Source of the DNA: Archaeoglobi archaeon JdFR-42
Lineage (GTDB): Archaea > Halobacteriota > Archaeoglobi > Archaeoglobales > JdFR-42
Assembly (NCBI GenBank): GCA_002010305.1
Contig: MTND01000022.1
Span: 110,128-174,127, forward strand
Reading direction: 5' to 3'
Length of the DNA stretch: 64,000 bases
Shown here: positions 57,469-64,000 of the stretch, one piece after another
Layout of the letters: the number at the start of each line of letters is the position of its first letter
Position numbering within the stretch: position 1 is the first letter of the stretch
Position numbers and translations under genes: made by a program
The notes under the pieces: model-generated
What the model was told of the DNA's origin: nothing
The model's input: the letters and a program-made list of their open reading frames with translations, nothing else
The model's database searches: none

Positions 57469-58695
57469 ATGAGTGAATTGTTGTGGCAGGCATTACAGCA
57501 GGTCCAGGGATATGTGTATCCTAATGAAATTGAGGTTAACTGGAGCATTCTTATAGTATTCTATCCTTACATTACAGGATTGGTGGCGGGTGCTTTTATT
57601 GTGGCCTCATTGGAAAGAGTATTTAAAGTTGAGGCTGTGAAACCGACATATCGGCTAGCCCTCCTTACAGCACTGGCCTTTCTCCTCGCTGCTCCCTTAC
57701 CTCTTGTTGCTCATCTTGGTCATCCAGAAAGAGCTTTGGAAATTATGTTTACTCCCCACCTCTCATCAGCTATGGCAGGTTTTGGATTTGTTTATGCATG
57801 GTATCTCCTTATAGTCCTCCTCCTCGAGATAGGATACGATTACAGAAAAGATGTTGTCAAATGGGCTCGAACTAAAAGAGGTCTGAAGGGATTCCTCTAT
57901 CGCCTTCTGACTATGGGTGATTACGATATAAGTAAGGAAGCCCTGAAAAAAGATGAGAAACTTGTAGGGATAATAACTGTTATAGGCCTTCCATCAGCAG
58001 CATTCCTTCACGGCTATGTGGGTTTCATTTTTGGTAGCGTTAAAGCAAATCCTTGGTGGAGTTCTCCCCTCATGCCAATAATCTTTCTTTTTTCCGCCAT
58101 GGTCTCAGGTATAGCCCTTGTTCTTCTTATCTATATGGCGAGCACTAAGCTCAGAGGCAAAAAGCTCGACATGAAGTGTACAGACACATTAGCAGGTTAT
58201 CTCCTGTATACTTATGTTCTGGATCTCAGCCTAGAATTCATGGAAATTGCCCATCTGGTATATGTTCAGGAAGAGGGCATAGATGCCATTCTCACTCTGA
58301 TAAACGATAGGCTTTTCCTCTCCTTTATCGTAATTCAGATATTCCTTGGGACTATAGTGCCAATTTTCCTGCTCGTTATGGCAAAAACAGGTCTTTTCAG
58401 AGCCACCATCAGAAAGATCTTCTATATTTTTGCGGCACTTCTTGCGATGATAGGCGTACTTGCGATGAGATGGAATGTGGTCATTGGCGGGCAAATGCTA
58501 TCCAAGAGTTTCAGAGGGTTTTCAACCTACATACTCCCCATCTTTGGGATCGAGGGCCTTCTGACTGCCGTAGCCATATTTATCCTTCCATTTGTGCTAT
58601 TGTTCATTTTTGTCAAGGTACTCCCCCCTTGGGAAGAACCACCAATATGGGAATCTACTGAGCATCAGGCAGTAGAAGGAAATGGTGAAGGATGA
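57469..58695 (+). CDS. NrfD/PsrC-family quinone-interacting membrane protein
   Basis: 408 aa, about 8-10 TM segments. Start abuts the FeS gene stop. Confidence 0.85.
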   Translation: MSELLWQALQQVQGYVYPNEIEVNWSILIVFYPYITGLVAGAFIVASLERVFKVEAVKPTYRLALLTALAFLLAAPLPLVAHLGHPERALEIMFTPHLSSAMAGFGFVYAWYLLIVLLLEIGYDYRKDVVKWARTKRGLKGFLYRLLTMGDYDISKEALKKDEKLVGIITVIGLPSAAFLHGYVGFIFGSVKANPWWSSPLMPIIFLFSAMVSGIALVLLIYMASTKLRGKKLDMKCTDTLAGYLLYTYVLDLSLEFMEIAHLVYVQEEGIDAILTLINDRLFLSFIVIQIFLGTIVPIFLLVMAKTGLFRATIRKIFYIFAALLAMIGVLAMRWNVVIGGQMLSKSFRGFSTYILPIFGIEGLLTAVAIFILPFVLLFIFVKVLPPWEEPPIWESTEHQAVEGNGEG

Positions 58696-58709
58696 AATTG
58701 AATAAACAA

Positions 58710-58750
58710 AGGGCATGTAATCTTACTTTTTATGCCCTCTCTTTATTTTA
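58710..58750 (+). terminator. hairpin plus T-rich tract after the NrfD-like gene
   Basis: AGGGCAT-15 nt-ATGCCCT followed by CTCTTTATTTT, 15 nt after the stop. Confidence 0.4.
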
Positions 58751-59392
58751 AATTGAGTTATTTCAGAAAAACCAATCTATTAGCATACTCTAATAACAAT
58801 TCACGCTCTCAATATGGTCCAGAAGTTGAGCAATCACAATTATATGTTCCAGAGTTCTTGTCTCTAGGCTGGTCTCTAGATTTAACAGTCTCTATTACTA
58901 TATCTACCATGTTATTTTAATGTTAATCCCTGCGTTACTGTTTTGAAATATTATATTCTCGTTCCAGAATCTTTCTTGTTCATTCTCTCCAAAGGAGTAA
59001 TATTGTGTCATTCAGAAGAATGAATTAATGTAACTAACTCTTTTCACAGTACTTTTCTTAATTTAAGTTAAAATACACTTCCTGTTAGCCTTTTTCCAGA
59101 AAATAAGGTTATATTACAGTTTGTTAGCGTAAGACATGAGTAATAAATATCTTCTCCCATTTATGTATAATTTTAGCTGTAGGTTTCCCCCTGGATTACT
59201 CTTATGAAATATTAAAATTCAAGTGAAGTGTACAAATGTGGTGAAAACTTCTCATTGCATTTTTTGTATATGTGTAGTTGGACATAATTTTAGTAAAGGA
59301 ATTTACCTATAATCCCAACAATTACTTTCAAAAAAGGTACTCTCTATGCCGTATATAGAATTACAAAAATTTGTAAAAACCTCTGTGTTGGA

Positions 59393-60250
59393 CTATTTGT
59401 GACAGGTGGTGCAGACTAATACCTCTGATTTGTGAACAGATTTGTCTACATGGCAGGTGAGGCATATCTGACGGACAGGCCTCTCTTGATGTGGGAGATG
59501 ACAAGAAGAACACGCCCCTCTATGAGCAGTGACTCCATGTAACCCTTCAATAGGCACCTCATGACACGCTGTACATGGTAATGGTTTAATGGATTCATGA
59601 GGTCTGTGACACGTCTTACAGTCTTTACCAGAGTGCGCATTTGTTGTGATACTCATGATAGGTTTATATTCTCTGTCTGTGTGGCACTTCTCACATACAG
59701 TTTTCTCTGGAAGGAGAGATGTTTTTCCATGAACTGTAAACTCATGACATGTCAGACAATGAAAGTGCATTTTTGGTGGTAAAAATTGATCATGGCATTG
59801 ATCGCATGTGCTACTGAGTGGTTTAAATACATGTATGGTAGGAGCGTGACATGTGATACATTCTACGCCCTCATCCTCAACATGCTTTTTATGGCCGGGT
59901 GTATCGGCTATATAAGGCCATTTCTCTGAATGGGAGAAATGACAGTTCTCACAGCGTTCGTTTGGAACAATGGCGTGGCGAGAAACTTCTTCAGGCCTTT
60001 CTATCACATACTTGTACAACAGATCCATGCTCTCCTTCATACTCTGCTCATGGCATTTATGACATGTCACGTTGTTATGAGGACTTTCAGACCACTTTTC
60101 CCATGCAGATTCCATTATGTGGCAAGATCTGCAAAAAGCAGGGTCATTCTGAATGTAATCATATGTCCCGTAGACACCCACCCCTATTATGATGAGGAAA
60201 ACAATTATGAAAGATACCAGCATTTTCGGTGATAATATCACTGAAACCAC
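59393..60250 (-). CDS. dodecaheme c-type cytochrome, NapC/NirT/NrfH-like N-terminus with TM anchor
   Basis: 285 aa with 12 CxxCH motifs. N-terminus FCRSCHIMESAWEKWSESPH...CHKCH. Confidence 0.85.
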   Translation of the reverse strand: MVSVILSPKMLVSFIIVFLIIIGVGVYGTYDYIQNDPAFCRSCHIMESAWEKWSESPHNNVTCHKCHEQSMKESMDLLYKYVIERPEEVSRHAIVPNERCENCHFSHSEKWPYIADTPGHKKHVEDEGVECITCHAPTIHVFKPLSSTCDQCHDQFLPPKMHFHCLTCHEFTVHGKTSLLPEKTVCEKCHTDREYKPIMSITTNAHSGKDCKTCHRPHESIKPLPCTACHEVPIEGLHGVTAHRGACSSCHLPHQERPVRQICLTCHVDKSVHKSEVLVCTTCHK

Positions 60251-60461
60251 CTTATATTATCTTCTATACCAGTACCACATTAATTAAGCTTGCGTTTTGT
60301 ATTAAATTTCATTATCTGTCGTTATATCAAATATTAACTGTTTAATGATTAGCTGAATGTTTCAACAATAAAGATAACTTAACATTCCATTTCGACTCTT
60401 AAATAACAACATATCTATATCTGGATAAAAAACAAAGTTGACACATCATGAGAGTCAAATA

Positions 60462-61445
60462 TTATCTCTCTGGATGACATATTTTACACGTATCTTTTTT
60501 TACTTCCGGTTTGTGAATTATTTCAGGATGGCATTGTATGCATTTCACTTTGTATGTGTTAACGTGGACTCCATGGACTTCGTAGAGGTTGAGAAGTTCA
60601 GTCATATTAGCATCTGGGTGGCAAATCTCACATTTCTCGTCCATTATCCCCTTCTTTATGGAGATATTGGAGTGACACATCTCACAGGGTATTTCTCGGT
60701 TAACGTGAATGCTGTGGGAGAATGTTTTTCCACCGTACATCAGATTTTCAGAGGGATATGGATGGCAGGAAGGACACCCAGAGACTGGAAAGCCAGAGGG
60801 TGTATGTTCGAAGTGGCATATCAGACAGGTGGAATTGGTAACCGCAATATGAGAACCTACCACAATTTGAGAATGGCAGCTCACACAGTTAAGCTTAATT
60901 ATTCCTCGTTTATACTCCATCAGATGTCGAGAGTGATTAAAATAGATAGTTTTCCCCCCGATCTCAGATGCCACGTCGCCAATTAAAAAAACATCTTTAT
61001 GGCACAGTATACAATTTTCATCGGATATATTAGCACCCAGGAATTTAAATGGAGTAGAACGTGGTAAGACCACAGAGAGTGAGTGAAAACTCCCTTCGAG
61101 GAAATTCTCTACCCCTTCCCCGTAGTGGCATTTGTAGCACTTCACATCCCTGTGAGTGGACTCATTCCATGCATTAAAATAAGACTCCATTACATGGCAT
61201 ACTTCACAGATCCGGGGATTTGAAGAATATTCAATAGAAATAAAAGATAAAAAAACAGCAATTATCAAGATAATAGGTAACACCATGAGAATATAACCCT
61301 TATGAACTCTTTTGACCTCAATTAGCCCTTCACCTACCCTTTTGTACTCTTTGAGACAAAGCTCGCACTTATAAATAGGACCAATCTTTTTATTTATATT
61401 TCCACAGTTAGGACATTCCCAAGATTCATACCTTTCTCTTTTCAT
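60462..61445 (-). CDS. decaheme c-type cytochrome with N-terminal zinc ribbon, TM anchor and NapC/NirT-like start
   Basis: 327 aa. CPNCGN-x12-CELC, then a TM segment, then 10 CxxCH motifs (CEVCHVMESYFNAWNESTH...). Confidence 0.85.
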   Translation of the reverse strand: MKRERYESWECPNCGNINKKIGPIYKCELCLKEYKRVGEGLIEVKRVHKGYILMVLPIILIIAVFLSFISIEYSSNPRICEVCHVMESYFNAWNESTHRDVKCYKCHYGEGVENFLEGSFHSLSVVLPRSTPFKFLGANISDENCILCHKDVFLIGDVASEIGGKTIYFNHSRHLMEYKRGIIKLNCVSCHSQIVVGSHIAVTNSTCLICHFEHTPSGFPVSGCPSCHPYPSENLMYGGKTFSHSIHVNREIPCEMCHSNISIKKGIMDEKCEICHPDANMTELLNLYEVHGVHVNTYKVKCIQCHPEIIHKPEVKKDTCKICHPER

Positions 61446-61473
61446 AATGTTAGTTACAATTTACATTTCATGT

Positions 61474-61935
61474 TTATGTTCTATGAGGAAGATGACACAG
61501 TATACAGGAGTACTCAGGATTGTGAGTTGAGAGATTGACGGTTTTTATTGCAGAAGACTCATCTCTTGGAGGGATCGATTCATGGCATATGCCACAAAAC
61601 TCCCTTGAAGTATCTATTCGTGGCATGTAGTTACCATCATATGGATTTTCAATATGTTTCATACCAATTCCATGGCAGTTTTCACACTGAATCGAGCTAT
61701 GATGTTCACTCTCAATCCATAGACTATATTGCTCAAAATGGCATTTTGAACAGAGTTCTGGTGAGCCGTATTGAGGTAGTCGACTAGCCTCGATTTCCAT
61801 CCATTTTTGCACATATGTTTTTTCAATTGGAGGAGATAGATAGAAAACGTAAAAAATTATACCTGCGGCTACAAAAACAACCAGTACAAATCCAAAGAAA
61901 ATAGCCTTTTTCTTAATGTCCCCCTCGTCATTCAT
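61474..61935 (-). CDS. membrane-anchored tetraheme c-type cytochrome (paralog of 56206..56649)
   Basis: 153 aa. Heme motifs CSKCH, CENCH, CGICH, CILCH. Shares the (T/S)REFCG(L/I)CH block with the paralog. Confidence 0.8.
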   Translation of the reverse strand: MNDEGDIKKKAIFFGFVLVVFVAAGIIFYVFYLSPPIEKTYVQKWMEIEASRLPQYGSPELCSKCHFEQYSLWIESEHHSSIQCENCHGIGMKHIENPYDGNYMPRIDTSREFCGICHESIPPRDESSAIKTVNLSTHNPEYSCILCHLPHRT

Positions 61936-62698
61936 TTATCTCCTCTCCTGTCGCAATTGAGTGCTCCACTATAAACTTGTTCTCCAATCCGATGTAAAAT
62001 GTCTTTGGATCTGTCCCTTCCTCAGGAAGAAGGACATCCACACTCCCCTCTCTAAGTATTTTAGAAACCTCAGACGAAGGATTGTTTATATCTCCAAACA
62101 CTCTTGCTCCAGTTGGACAGGCCTGTACACATGCTGGTGAGAAACCTCTTTTGATTCTATGATAACAGTATGTGCATTTATCTGTCACTTTTTGATCAGG
62201 ATGAAGATAGGTTGCACCATAAGGGCATGCAGTTACACAGTATTTACACCCTATACAACTATTTTTGTCCACCAAGACTATTCCTTCAGCAGTATAAAAT
62301 CTTGCATTTACAGGACATACTCTGACACATGGAGCTTTCTGACACTGATTGCAAAGTTTCGGTACAAAAAAATGCTCTCCATCTCCCCATTTATAAGTTA
62401 AAAAAGGATTCTTCGAGGTATTCATTACTATCTTTTTTACATCAGATTCTGAATAAGGGATTTTTATTTTGATCTCGTACCCTTCGATCCATGTCCTGGA
62501 GATGGGTTTTTCAACAGGGATTTTGTTCTCAATTTTGCAGGCTTTAACACACATTCCACACCCAATGCACTTATCCGGGATTATACACATTACGAGATTT
62601 TTTTCTTCCTCTACTCCCCTAGTTGATTTAAAAGAAATTCCAGTTCCGAGGACGATGACTATAGTTCTCGTCAACAGCTCTCTTCTTGTAATCTTCAA
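61928..62698 (-). CDS. NrfC/PsrB-type 4Fe-4S cluster protein with Tat signal
   Basis: 256 aa. Contains KITRRELL, CIGCGMCVKAC, CNQCQKAPC, CIGCKYCVTAC and CTYCYHR. Confidence 0.85.
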   Translation of the reverse strand: MKITRRELLTRTIVIVLGTGISFKSTRGVEEEKNLVMCIIPDKCIGCGMCVKACKIENKIPVEKPISRTWIEGYEIKIKIPYSESDVKKIVMNTSKNPFLTYKWGDGEHFFVPKLCNQCQKAPCVRVCPVNARFYTAEGIVLVDKNSCIGCKYCVTACPYGATYLHPDQKVTDKCTYCYHRIKRGFSPACVQACPTGARVFGDINNPSSEVSKILREGSVDVLLPEEGTDPKTFYIGLENKFIVEHSIATGEEINE

Positions 62699-63958
62699 CT
62701 ATTCTCCCCTCCCGGTCTTCTCTTCCATGGTGCCTAAAATGGGCAGGATTTTTATACCAATGGTATAAATCAGTCCTGTTAGAGCAAAAAATCCTACCAC
62801 AGCCATGATTTCAAACACGTGTGGGCTATACATTTGGTAAGTTATGCCAGAGATCGATTTTCCCAAGAGGCCACCAATAACCAGATCATATCTCAGTACG
62901 AAAATTCCAATTATTGTCATGATTGAGGCTGCAAGGTTCCATTTGACACTTCTTCCAGTTATAGGAATAGCCAAGATTAGTATTGGTATAAGTGTTCCAA
63001 TTCCAAGCTCGAACACCCAGAAGTTAATCTTAAGAGGCCCATAAAGAAATATCTCGAGAGCTTCTTTTGTGACTGGAGAAGGAAAGTAGAATTTGGACAC
63101 AAATTTCCAAGCGATGAAGAACAGATCGACTACCAAAGCAAATCCAAGTACCACTCTAAGCATCTGTATAGAATCATAAATTTTTCCTTTGATTTTAACT
63201 CCCCTTGCCCAAAAAGTAATTATGCTTGAAAACATCAGAATCGCGGCTCCTGAGATGATGGCAGAGAGTATAAAGTATATAGGCATTAGAGGTCCATGCC
63301 AGAAAGGAAGGTACGTGACTCCAAATACAGCTCCTAGGTTACTGTGTGCTATGATGGCAACGAATACTGTTATGAATCCCAATACCTTTGCAAATTCGTG
63401 TTCCAATTTTCTCCGATATTTGGGCCTGTAAGATCCTGCAACTGGTTCTAGGAATTTTAATGAAATCAGCCCGTACAGAAACCTCCCTAGTGAGGAAGGT
63501 GATCGAATTGATAGTTGTATGATATCATCTCTCAGGATGAACCACATTTCAATTATCAGAAATACCATATATAAAGCGTAAAACATGATCATCCAGAACA
63601 TAAGAGAATATGGGTTTACATGGGCTAAAAAGGCAAATGGAGCCCTAAAAGGTCTTTCAATCTCTAAACCAATAATCATGAGACCCACTAGAATTGTCAC
63701 AAGGGCAAGAAGAAGCCCCATTCTCACTACCGGCTTCAAGCGAATAAATCCGAAGACTTCTCCAAGGCTTGAAACTATACAGAGTCCTGTCGTAGAAACC
63801 ACAAAGAAAACATAAGTAGCCACAAGGAGTCTCCATGGAACGCCTGCATAGCTCTCAAATGGCTGAGTGGGCATTATTGGTTTTGTATGAATCTGAACTA
63901 TCCCGTAAGCCCCCACTTCTATTAAAACTATTAGTACAAATAGCCAGATATAAAACAA
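62699..63958 (-). CDS. NrfD/PsrC-family quinone-interacting membrane protein
   Basis: 419 aa and polytopic. Abuts the FeS gene. Confidence 0.85.
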   Translation of the reverse strand: MFYIWLFVLIVLIEVGAYGIVQIHTKPIMPTQPFESYAGVPWRLLVATYVFFVVSTTGLCIVSSLGEVFGFIRLKPVVRMGLLLALVTILVGLMIIGLEIERPFRAPFAFLAHVNPYSLMFWMIMFYALYMVFLIIEMWFILRDDIIQLSIRSPSSLGRFLYGLISLKFLEPVAGSYRPKYRRKLEHEFAKVLGFITVFVAIIAHSNLGAVFGVTYLPFWHGPLMPIYFILSAIISGAAILMFSSIITFWARGVKIKGKIYDSIQMLRVVLGFALVVDLFFIAWKFVSKFYFPSPVTKEALEIFLYGPLKINFWVFELGIGTLIPILILAIPITGRSVKWNLAASIMTIIGIFVLRYDLVIGGLLGKSISGITYQMYSPHVFEIMAVVGFFALTGLIYTIGIKILPILGTMEEKTGRGE

Positions 63959-63968
63959 AAAATTATCT

Positions 63969-63997
63969 GGCAGGGAAATCCTGCCAATCTTTTTTTT
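63969..63997. terminator. GC-rich hairpin flanked by T/A runs (possible bidirectional terminator)
   Basis: GGCAGG-GAAAT-CCTGCC followed by AATCTTTTTTTT on the + strand. On the - strand it is followed by AGATAATTTTTT. Confidence 0.3.
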
Positions 63998-64000
63998 AAA

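Noticed and set aside
1-64000. Search for a CRISPR array to go with the Cas6-like gene
   Set aside because: No series of regularly spaced direct repeats of 24-40 nt was seen anywhere, including the 659-bp gap upstream of the gene. The bipartite elements are dispersed, not arrayed.

Overview
AT-rich, densely coded archaeal (euryarchaeal) chromosomal segment. All family calls below come from reading motifs in the supplied translations; no database or HMM search was possible. Archaeal hallmarks include aIF1A-Rio1-KH(Dim2), Alba, TFE, S17e, Trm56, GGGP and DGGGP synthases, ThiDN, DacZ, Clp1-like kinase, deoxyhypusine synthase and an intron-containing tRNA-Tyr with a C1:G72 pair. The two tRNAs have nearly all-GC stems in an AT-rich genome, which hints at a thermophile (inference only). 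Positions 1-52 kb are mostly housekeeping: tyrS, purB, gatCAB, topA, dapAB, asd, pyrF, pyk, malic enzyme, a TRAP transporter and LeuB/LeuD-like genes. Positions 52.3-64 kb form a respiratory, possibly extracellular electron-transfer island. It holds a Rieske/split cytochrome b operon with two c-type cytochromes, two paralogous tetraheme-FeS-NrfD modules, and tandem 12-heme and 10-heme NapC/NirT-like cytochromes. Four things deserve a second look. (1) A family of six ~45-nt bipartite palindromic intergenic elements with compensatory stem changes. (2) A three-gene operon of a degenerate actin-fold protein, a coiled-coil protein and a MinD/ParA ATPase. (3) An orphan Cas6-like RAMP protein with a 4-Cys cluster, with no CRISPR array or cas genes in the window. 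(4) The multiheme island architecture. Four non-coding gaps of 650 bp or more stand out in an otherwise compact region. No CRISPR array, intact transposase or integrase was seen.
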